NCBI RefSeq assembly: GCF_964355755.1
Contig: NC_092670.1
Location: forward strand, 35,142,388-35,206,387
Source: Antedon mediterranea
Lineage: Eukaryota; Animalia; Echinodermata
Direction: 5' to 3'
Length of the DNA stretch: 64,000 bases
Both the position numbers and the translations under genes were made by a program. This document shows positions 25,970 through 37,900 of the stretch, piece by piece. Positions within the stretch are counted from its first letter, which is position 1; the number at the start of each line of letters is the position of its first letter. The notes beneath the pieces were generated by a model that had not been told where the DNA came from, searched no databases, and worked only from the letters and a program-made list of their open reading frames with translations.

Positions 25970-25990
25970 ATGGCAGATCAGAATTCTTCG
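25970..25990 (+). CDS. BOLL: BOULE probable first coding exon (MADQNSS)
   Basis: GAGATGG start context; donor TCG|GTAAAT, phase 0 matches the next exon. Confidence 0.65.
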
Positions 25991-28900
25991 GTAAATATTG
26001 TTTATTCTGTCGTGATTTTATGTTTAACTATGCGATTTGAAGATAGAGTAGTTAAATGCTAGATTATTTTTAGCCTAATTTTATTGAGATGTTCTCACAC
26101 CACATCTCTCTCATCCCACCCCCACACACATGCTTTTTTTGATACGAACGATACAGTTTAACTGTAAATAAAGATCTGTGCTTTCCCTGGTTAATTAAGG
26201 TCGCTAATTAAGGAGTTAAGTTAACTGTATGCTAGATAGGCTAGGCCTAGCCTATATTCAGTCGTTGAACTACTAAACTTTATTTAGGAACTCGAATACG
26301 ATTTAGTTTTTATCATATGAACAACATGTCCAGTTTAAATTAGGATCGCCTTTTTCAGTCACTTGGCATTTGTGATAGGCATACGCAACAACTGTCTGCA
26401 GACTAGACAGATACAGAGGCAGATCTGACTGTATGTATTACATAGTATGGTGCGATCTCACATTTTGACAAAGACCAGGTCACACAAGCATGTTGATTGT
26501 TGGCTGTGTGTTTGTGTGCTGGCATATGGCATTAATGTAGGCAAGCCTGCTAGGCTAAAGTCTGATAATATTACACAGCAGCTGTATGATTGTAGTTATG
26601 CTTTAGGTAGAGTAAGCCTATAAATATAATGTACCAGTGGCAATTTTATTTTTCGGGATAAATAATTGAGTCGCATTCAAATGGGAACGAAGACCACAGT
26701 TTTAGGGATAACAATATAAAATTAAAAGTTAATAATTTTCAAACAACTTAGGCCTAGTATATACATTTTGTATCAATATTATAAAGAAATAATTATGAAT
26801 ATCTGACTTTAATTTTTTTAAATTATAAGGGCCTAAAACATCGACAAAAATTGAATGAAATACACCATTGTTCATTATAAAATAATTACATAAACTTTTT
26901 AGTAATATATTTTGTATATATTTGTGATTCGCATCAACCAATCAAAGGGTGAGAATCCAAAATCGTTGAACCGTGAGCCATGTAGAGTGGTTGAAAGATG
27001 AGGTTTGATTTGGTATACAATGACATCACAAAATAGCATTTAGTTGTCGAGTCCATCAAAATTTTCAAAAACACTGCATCATTGCGTGCATAGTAACGTG
27101 CGCACTGTTTAATCGTGGTAATGAAAATGGAGTGATCTCTTCTCGGTAAATTTAACAATATTAATATTTTAGTCCGTACGGACGCGGGTATAAGCCCACA
27201 ACCCCCCCCCCCCCCCCTGGAACATGAAATCATGTCAAGTTTGGGGATGGGCTTATACCTGAGGATCCAAAAATGCAGATCGTTAAAAACAACACATGTG
27301 CAGTACTGTGATATTTAAAGACCCCCTCCCTGCAATTTTGGACGTTTTTTGGAAAATAATACATATATATCACTTTAAAAACATTAAACCATGTCATTCC
27401 TTGTCTTAAATGTACGTTTTATGGTAAATTATGATAACAAGCACGAATGTGCAATACTCGGGGTACAGCGAAAGAAGCTGTATACAGACACAGTATACAG
27501 TTATTTCACCATAAAGTTAAAGAAAAATAGGTTTTGCCAGGGCTCGAACCGGTTCCTTCTGCGTGTTAAGCAGACTTGACAACCACTACACTACGAAACC
27601 TACTTACACTAAAAATGTGGGTTACAGAAAGTTTTTTAATCCATTTAAATTACAAATAAATATGGTAATAAGCACAAAGCAAAATAAACATGTGTAAAAG
27701 TGATAATTACCGATTACGCAAAATAAGTATTTTAAAAAATAATAAAAATAAGATATACTGTGTATAATTATCATATTGCGTATACAGTACTTTTCACCAT
27801 AAAGTTTTAAAAAAAGGTTTCGCCCGGGCTCGAACCAGGTACCTTCTGCGTGTTAAGCAAACGTGATAACCACTACGCCAAGAAGCCGCATATAACTACA
27901 TAACGCTGTGGTGTGTTTCACACATTGTGGCTTTTTAATTAAACAAATTAATTAACAAATAAGCACGAATGTGCGATACTCGGTGTACAGCAAATGAAGC
28001 TGTAATGACGTCATAAGACGGGATGTGACGTCACATACACATCAATAACCTACCAAATACGGCTATATGGTACCATCTTCGAGACGTCTTATGGCTGCAT
28101 CTGGTTTGAAAATGAAAAATCCGGCTCTATAGCTTTGAGGACATGTATGTCCCTGTAGTATATTCATGCGAAATCCCAGCTCAATACTACAACGAATAAG
28201 GGAGGAGTAGTACTTTGAAAATCGCACTTTTTACTCAATAGTGTCCAGATGGAGGAGAAGGAGAAAATGAGTAAGTCCTAGACTCGGGTACCCCGAGTAA
28301 AAAGTGAGAAACAATGCACTACCTAAGTAGCTCGCGGCGATCGACCTCTCGTGGACGGTCTTAGGCCTAGCCTAGCTAGGCTTAGTTTTGTAGGCCTAGC
28401 TGGTAAACATCGATAACGTACGAACATCGTACGCTAGCTATATACCTAGCCTGACGTTGTATAGTTGCTGCATTAATTGTCTTTCTATTTTTGCCAGACT
28501 CCGTTGATACAAATTGGGGAAAACCCGGTATTTTCGCTGAAAAGTTAGGAGTCTTCCATTTGTTTTGGCTTCACGATCGATCGAAAAGTGGGCGAATTAC
28601 AGGTGAAAAACAAAAATATCAATCCGCGCGCAATGCATTTTGGGATTTATAGCGGGCCGCTATAATTATTAGAATCGATTTATTTTTCACATTTTTAACC
28701 GTTTATTAAGTTATCGCAATAGGACCATATAGTATTATTTTTACATTAAATGTAGTTTGTGATCTTAAATTAGATCTAAAAAACGTAGGGAATGGGGCTT
28801 TAATCATGGACATGGGTATCAGAAAATTTAACTTATATAGTTCGTGTCATTATTATTGTGTAATCACTTATTTTAAATGTCAATTGCACAAGTTATCAAG

Positions 28901-31900
28901 CAGAAAAGCAAGTATACAATGTTTGTTAGATAGAAATGTACCAAAGAAATATAATTGACTGTTTATGGCAGCATATACCAAATAGAGGTTTTCCGTTTTA
29001 GCGACTTGTGATTCGAGCGTAGTGTGTGCAGCTCTCTTCGCCCGCGATAAAGTGTAAATAAAACACGACCGCTGAATGGACTAGCTTATATTAGCCTAGC
29101 TTGGTTATAATATGCGGTGTATGGAAGTTGCCAGACAGGTCGACCATCACAAAATTAATAGTCGCACTTACCGAATACAAAATAATGTATTACGGGACCT
29201 ACTGTAGATCTTCGAATTAATGGGTGGGCTAATAATATTCCATACCAGAATGCCTCATTTTGCATGAAAATTAGTCAAAAGTCGGGGGTTGGCTTATATA
29301 TACCCAGGTATGGGCTTATAGCCGCGTCAGTATGGTATATATTCTTCCCATGAATTGAAAAGGTACTTTTTTAACATTTTTTGTTGAGTACGTCATTTTA
29401 ATGTCAAAAAATTTATTCACTTTGACTACAAATTTGATTGGAAGAACAATTAAAAAATATTCAAATTGTCAGACAATAATATTTTGGTTAAATTTACCGT
29501 ATATTTCGGTGTATAAGTCGCACCTGTGTATAAGACGCACCCCCAACTGAGAGTAAAATATCGGTATTTTTTATATCGTCGATGTATAAGACGCACCTTA
29601 TATTTCATCAAAACAATGTTTTTTTAAATTGTAATCAATATTATTGTGATAATATATTTTGTTATATCTACAACGGCGTCCTTTATTTAGGTTTTTTCTT
29701 ACCTAGGCTCGGCCGCGCCCAGCCTCAACAAGTTCTTTCTCACTTGTTATTCATGAGTTTCGCCGCAACATCGAGTGCATGACCGTGTGTGTAACACGCA
29801 CGTGTGTGGGCTAGCCTCGCTCGATCATTTCGAGAGGGCGCACGTTTTCACAGACAATCGTATTCGATTAGTATCTATGTATCCGAGAAGTGTGTACGCT
29901 AGGTCCATGCTATAATCACCTGGAGAATATACTAGTCGAATACCGCACACCATGTGCCACCAAAAGAAGGGCTTGCGCTTGGGGTACGGCGATCGTGCGT
30001 ATAACTACTGTATAAATAAATACTATTCCAATCGTACGACGTAAACGTTTACGTACAAATGAAATTTTATCGGAGCGCCATAATGAACAAATCTTTTCAT
30101 CATATTTAGTATAACATCATGCTAAAATGACTTTAAAACTAGGCCTAGGCAGAAGCAGGTTGCCGTTACGTTAGTTAGTTACTGTAGCTAGTTAGGCCTA
30201 GCCTACTCAGGCCTAGCAAACGAGGTGACGATAGCCTAGGCCTATGTACGATCTGTGTGGTGAGGCATTTATGTTCGGTGTATAAGACGCACCCTTAATT
30301 TGGAGGTCAAATTTGCGTGTCAAAAGTGCGACTTATACACCGAAATATACGGTAACTGTTTATTGTCTTTTTGTAAGTGAAATCATTATTTTTGTTTTTT
30401 TCATGGAATGGTGAATAACGTCGTTCAAACTGCAAAATGGCCTACCGGTATTTGAAGTGTGATTTTATAAATTTTTTTCATGATTTTGGGGGCAAATACA
30501 TACAATTTTAATGTTTATTGTTTATTAATTTTGTATGAATATTATTATTAACATGAATTTTATTTTGGTTTTAAAGTTTAAACTTTTTTTTAAAGGTAAC
30601 TGATACATGTAGTAATTCATCGTCTCCTGTACCCCTGGCAGCAAATGCCCCTAAATATGGCACAGTTATCCCAAATAGAATATTTGTAGGTGGAATATCA
30701 TTTCAAGTAAGTAAACATTAACTAAAGTGAAATCACAATCTTAAAATAAGTCATGAATAATACCACCAAACTTGCGAGTTAGGATGACTATAATGAGGCA
30801 TTTAATAAAAAGGCAAATTTTGCCTTAAAATGTAAATGTGACATGTTTCGAGAAACTATTCTCATCATCAGAACAGTAAACAACGCCTAGAGTGCTTATA
30901 TACCAATAGGACATATTTTGTGTAAATAAGTCACATTTACATTTTAAGGCAATCTTTCTTTTTATTAAATGCCTCGTTATAGTCATCCTAACTTAAAATA
31001 AGTCTTTTCTGTTTTTACTATCAAACTTTATGTGACAACAAAATGTTATGTGCCCATATATGGACATGATGATGTCCTCACTACCATATTTGAGAATATC
31101 ACTACTGTACCATATTTGGGCACATCATACTTTTTGATAGTGTAGACAATCTCAAAATATTGCAGACTGTTAGTTCTAGTCAGAAGTCAATTTGCTGGAA
31201 ACCCTTGGATTGACCATAATATTTGACAAAATAATAAAATGACTTTACAGTAAATGACCAGACTGAGTATATCTCAGTCAGGGTGCATGGGTGTGGAATA
31301 AATTCAATCTTTTAGGAAGAAATTTTATTTATACAGTAGTGTATATCCTTTTTTATGTGAAAAAATATAAGTTTAAAAGATGTTTGCGCTTTGAAATTGA
31401 CAGTTACACTTTACAGGTTGTACATTGTATGTTTTTGTTTCTTTTATATTTTATATCAGACAAATGACGTAGAACTTAAGAATTTTTTCTCAACGTATGG
31501 TCAAGTCAAAGAAGCCAAAATTATAACAGATCGAGCTGGAATAAGTAAAGGGTAGGTAAACAGTATCTTGTTTATTGCTACTATAGAAATCAGGAGTTTT
31601 TGGACAAATGAAATTGGCTGTTGTATAACTTTAAAATAAAAGTTGTTGTTTTCTGGGCTTTGTTAACACATCATATGCTATGTTATTTTTACTTTTTCCA
31701 AATTTTAAAAACAGTAAGCCATTGAATGCATGATTTTAACTGATGGCATCAGTTAAAAAAATCAATTATTTCGATATTTATATTAAACAAACTCTGAAAA
31801 CAAAAGTGAGCCAGCCATTGTTCATTAATACAAACATATTATTATCTAAAACAAAAGACTTTCAAGAACAATGAAAATAGAGTAGATTTACCAAAAAGCT

Positions 31901-34900
31901 GCAAATGGTTATGTATTGTGTATATTTAGAATTAAGTATAATTACCTCAAAACATACAATGCATTGTTAATTAAATTTCTTTATTTTTTATTCTTGAATA
32001 TTAGGTATGGTTTTATAACATTCGAAAATCCTGAAGAAGCTGTTCGGATTATTAAAGAACAGGTGAAACACAATTTCACTACGAAACATTTCTTATTCTA
32101 CTTAGCTCCTCTAAAATTCTTGAACATATGAATTATTACCAGTAAAGTAGACATATTTGATAATTTATGTTTCTGTTCACATGGTGAATGACTTTCACCA
32201 TGTCTGATACTTTGATTTTGATGTTTAAAATAAATCTTTACATATTTTCGATATCGGTGATCTATATGAAATTTGAAAGGTTTTAAAAAACTGTTTTTAA
32301 TTAATAATATATATAAAATTGACTCCCAATAATGAGAGGGAAGCCATGATTCAACATTTTAATCTTTTATTTGATCATCAGGAATGAAGATCGAAACATC
32401 AGTGCATCTATTGGTTTTTGTAATTATTAAGATAGATTATAAAAGACAATTCTAAAATAGTACTAAATAGTCTATCCTATATCAGTTATGAGGGAAAATA
32501 GCAAAATCAGCACTTTGGTCATGTTAAGGAGTTGTTGTAACAATATAGATTATCTTATAAAACTCCTAGAAAGTATCAAGCCTTTGCTACCCCACCCAAA
32601 ACTCCCCTTCCCCTCCTCCCCTCCTCCCCTGAGAGTACAAGTTCAATAGACATACAAAATACAACTGTAGGGTTTTGATATAGGAATTAAAATCTAAGTT
32701 ATATATTTTTGAACTATTTTACCGTTATATTGACCAGGGTAATAATTTGATATTTAAAGACAAGAAATTAAATATTGGACCAGCTATTCGGAAACAGGTA
32801 AGAAGTTTTTTTAAATTGTTAAACAAATAGTATGGAATATTATTAATGTATCTGCTTCATTACTTTTGTTATACATCGATATGCTAAGAAAAAATTGTGT
32901 TTTATTTTATGTGCATCCAACAGCTACAACTCGCCAATAACAGCTATTTATAATTTATCTCATTTGAGGAGTTACAACCCTGGCACTAGATCAGGATTTA
33001 ACCCTGGGCCTTTGGATTGAAAGGCAAGCATGTCAAACACCAAGCTACAGAGAGTGTTCATATGAATGCTAATAATAATTAAATAATATTAAAAATTTTT
33101 TTATTTTGCAGCCTGTTCACTATCCAAAAAATGTTGGTAAGCATATCAGAAAAAAATAATATTCAGGAATAATAGTATGGTTTAGTTGAACTCTTTCAAG
33201 GAGACACCTTCTAGACCACACAATGTGTCCCCTTAATAGGTTTGTCTTCTAAATAGGGGTTGGTAATAGTGTAAAGGCCCATTCACTCTTAGCTAGGGCA
33301 ATATAATAGATAAACATGTGTCTTTCTTACATAAAACAAAAGAAATTAGAAAAGTTTTTGTTCTAGAACTTTAAAATAATCATTTTATGATGTCTTTGAT
33401 AAAAATAATATTTTTAAAAATCAATCAACTGACATCATGATAAGAAAAAACAATAAAGTAAGCCTAGATGGTTATCCTATAGTTCTAGGATGAAAACTTT
33501 TTAGATCTGAAAAAAACGGAAAAATGCATATTTATCTATTTATCGTCGATCTTAATCGTCAAATGTCAATGTGCCTTTAACCATACTGTCCCTAGTTTGT
33601 TTGGCAGAAGTATTTTCTTAATAGGAGTGTCCTAAAGGATGGGTTCTACTTGTTAACATTTAATGAACTATTTAAGCTAATGTATGTAGACAAATGCATT
33701 ATTTTCAATTTTTAGATACTGCTTTTTTACCAAATGGAGTGGTGAATGTCGTACAAGCACCAGCTGGCTTTACATATACGTACTTAAATGGTGTGGCGTA
33801 CTTTAATCCAAATGAAGTTGGCCAGACGCCGGTAGCACACCCATCAACTATAACTCAACATACGCATTCACAACAGGTACAGTATGATAACCTCTGTCTA
33901 CACTATCAAACTAGTTTGACAAAAATGTGATGTACCCATATATGGACATGATGACGTCATATCACCACCATATTTGGGCATATCACTACCATATTTGGGC
34001 ACATCACACTTTTTGATAGTGCAGACAGCTTTAGCGATGTTTTCAGAATATTCTTCCAAGATGCAAATACATATACACATGAGGAAACTTTCCCTCTTAC
34101 CAAATTTCCAACTTTTGAACCAGGTTTTGCCTGACCTTGATAGTGACAGCCTTAATGACTTTACTCAGCATGTGACCCCATTAAATGCTAAATGGATTAA
34201 AGCATGTAAGCTATCTAGGTATTTCCTGTGAACTTTTTTACTGAACATTAAAAAAAAGGCAGCAACCAAAATACTCAACAAAATAGAACTGAAACGAATA
34301 TAAAGTAACAAAATCCAAATATTTATTCATTTATATAACAACATATTTATAATATATATATATAGGACGAAACAACTTCTCACGATCGGTATAGGCTTGG
34401 CCGGGCTTATTGCTAGGCTAAGGTCGATTGTAATTAAGTACTCAATCCATCATATCGTAGCCTACGAAAATCTAACGAAGATACATGGCAGTCCATACGT
34501 GGAACTCCTAGGCTAAATATCGGATTAACTGTAACAAAATGTGTTAAATAAGGTTTTATTTACATACTCGAGCGAGTGACTTCCATGACATAATACCACT
34601 ACTAGGCCTAGGGCCGGCCTAAAATATTCATTTTTTTTATATGAATGCTTCGCCTCATCTTGGCTTTCTTCGGCATTATTTTCAAAATACTGTACACGTG
34701 TTTGATGGAAAGCCCACATCACACGTGTTTTGTCGCGACAATTGTTTTGTTTTTGTACGAACATAATACCTACGCTACAATAAAGTAGTAATGTATATAC
34801 TGTAAACAAAATTAATTGTTCGATTTTTTATTTTAATACATCTTAAATAAAGGCAAAGGTATTAAAAACTACATACAGTATTGTTTTTAAAGACATTTTA

Positions 34901-37900
34901 TTATTAATATTAATACATGATAATTCAAAAACAAATCACTGTACCACGCTTGTAAAATATTCATACGCCAAGACCTCGTGTGTCGTCTCTCTGGCCGGCT
35001 CGATTTTCTCCACAGCCTGGAAATCGTGATTTTTCAACGAATTCTAACTTCGCGTAGAATTAATCAATTTTTACGATTTGAAATTGCTGATATATCACTT
35101 TTTCTTTTTATTCATGGTTAAACAAATGATATTACTATTATTTTATAGAAAAACACATTTTCAAACATTCAGTCACTTCATTTGACCATGAGAGAGTAAT
35201 TTGATCGGACACATTTCCCAGTGATTTATTGACACTTTGTAAGGTCGCGCGGCCTATTCTTTTGATGTGTAATGCGATTAGATCGATTAGACTCAGGCAA
35301 AACCTGGTTTCAGTACCCGTCTAAAGCATCATTTGACGGGTAGAGTGGTAAGAGGGAAAGTTTCGGCATGCATCTGTGTAAAATGGATATTTTTTTTTAG
35401 TTTTTTTTTGTAACTAGCTGCTCCTAAATCCACAAATTACAATGCAAAAAAAATAGGACATTTAGGTTACGTTCACCCATTAATTTCACCATATTTAGGC
35501 CCTTAAATTTGTGTGCTACTTGCTTCTTTACATAATTGTTTAGAACAACAAAGTTATTAGATAAACAAAACAGCTGTTATCGTCTACGATAAACAGGTGG
35601 ATGGAAACATGCAGTAAATCAAATATTTCACATTATCAACTGTATTATTGCATTGCTGTGAGTGAACATTCAAAACATCAGTCGGTGGTGTCATGTGCTG
35701 CCTACGTAACCAATCAGCTCGTGGAAAATACATTAATACAACTTTCATTCCAATATAAACATTTTTTTTTCAAATTCGGTCTTTATTAACCTTTTTATCT
35801 CTGTGGATAAATATTGTTTGTGATAACATTTTCTAGTAAACTGGATTTATCGTGTAATGATATTTATTTGTATAGGTTTCCATCAATCAACCAATCGGTT
35901 TATATAGCGCCATTCCAACAGTCATTGCTCATGGCGCTCCATGTTTTAGGGCAAACTGAAAATAATAATAATAATGTGTTGGGGCCTGTTTTCTTTTGCA
36001 CATTATTGAATAAACTGTTTATTTTAAAATTGTAAAATTTATTAAAAAATATATTTTTATAACAACCAAATTTCTGCTTAATTTGTGCTTCCAAGAAAAA
36101 TGTTTAAATGTTGATGAAAAAATGGTTACTATTACCCTATTAGACAATGTTCTCAAAGATGCTACAGCAGTAGCAGCATGGTTAATAACAAAGAGTTTTT
36201 TTGCAGCAGAAACAGGCTCTTGGACATGATGCCTTGTCTAGTCCCTCGATAGCGAACTGCCCCTTTGCAAAAAAGCCGTATACGGATCGTATACGATTTT
36301 ACTGTTTACATTATTTCCACTCTGTTGCTCCACAAAGAGTTGGCGTTGTATACTTTACCATACGTAACGTATACGTTGTTTATTCGTGATAAGAATATCG
36401 TATACGGGACGTATACAAATCATACGAACAAACTAGGCCATTTTATAAATTATAATAGCAGTAATGAGTAGAATAGAGCTAAATAAAACATTTAAATTGT
36501 CATTACAACAAATACGTACGTAGGCTCTGGCCTAGCTAGCATGCATGCACCAGCCATAGGCCTAGTCTAGTAGTATTATTAGTAAGTAGTAGTACATAAG
36601 ATCATATTTATTTCTATATTTGTTAGATAGCCTAGGCTACCGATAAAATTCAAACAACGTTTTTCGCAAGTAAATAAAGTACGCTAAACAGGTATACTAC
36701 TAGGTAGGCCTAGAAAAAACAAGGGGCCATTTTCACAAATCGACGATGTTGTTTGCAGTTTTCCTTTATAAAATATGACAGAGGTCAGTAAGTGCAGCCG
36801 CCGACGACGACCGAGCGTCGCTCGGTTGCCTACAGTTCCAACTAGTGGTCGACTCGGCTCCCTGGTGGCCAATCATGCATGTCATCGGGTGAATCATCGG
36901 GTTCGTCGTTCTCAATTTGTCACGCCACGTGCGAGCTTTGGGTGGTCAAATTACATCGTTATGTTAAGCGATATTATTCCGCGACATGTGTTGTAGCAAT
37001 GGAGATGGAGTAACAATAATTCGGCAAATAATGCCGAAGAGGAAAACCATGACCCAAAACAGAAGTGGGGTCATTGTATAATAATAATAATTATTATTTA
37101 ACGATGAATACATTCGGATTTTGAATATGAAGTCGATCACTTCCGCTGAGGGGAAAAAAAAAAAACACAATTAGTGTTACAATACAATTACAATTATACA
37201 ATTATATCGAATCTCAATTTATTCCCAGTAGCGAACAGATTGAATTGCTTTCATTTATCTCAGCGGTATTTCTGCTTGGTGATTAAGAAATCATAAAACA
37301 TATCTTTCTTTATTTTCATGGTATTCCAATATGTTTAAAAAATAACTACCCTCAACTTTAAATAACAAATTAAATAAGTCTACTAAACATTGTTGATTTC
37401 CCATCGACCCAACAATACCCCAACTATTTCATTAATAATTGTTTATTTGTAACAGTTTATTTGAAATCCTTGTCCTTTGTTAATTCAATTGTGTGACAAT
37501 TAAATTAGATTGTACATGCTTATGCTGTATATTATGTAAAACTAAAAAGATGATTCATGGTAATATCAGATTCTTAAAAAAGATCAACACTTTGAATTCT
37601 CAAAATGTGTTCTATATCTTTATTTGAAGTTAGACTCGTACTACATTCATTAAAATGATAAACAAATAGCCGGCAGGCGTGTGTACAGAGGAGGCACAAA
37701 AAAACTATTACCTACTAATATTGTACACATATTTTACACAGTTTTATTACATCCTTTTTTAAAGTAACACTAACAGTGCATATTCAATATTATAGTAAAA
37801 CGTCAATACGTAGTTACGAGGCGGTATCAACTAGGCTCATAGTTGTTTACCACTCCACGCCAATGATATGAATAAAGCCCATCTTATTAAATAGTATCGC

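Larger units (their letters stand above)
27436..28303 (-). mobile_element. HINE-like element with a duplicated 3' terminus enclosing two tRNA-Val copies
   Basis: Reverse complement of the 3546-4482 family; 3' termini at about 27957-27988 and 27436-27466. Confidence 0.8.
27174..29335. mobile_element. Tc1/mariner (pogo-like) non-autonomous element hosting the nested HINE
   Basis: 25-bp TIRs CCGTACGGACGCGGGTATAAGCCCA / TGGGCTTATAGCCGCGTCAGTATGG (3 mismatches); TA on the right side. Confidence 0.7.
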
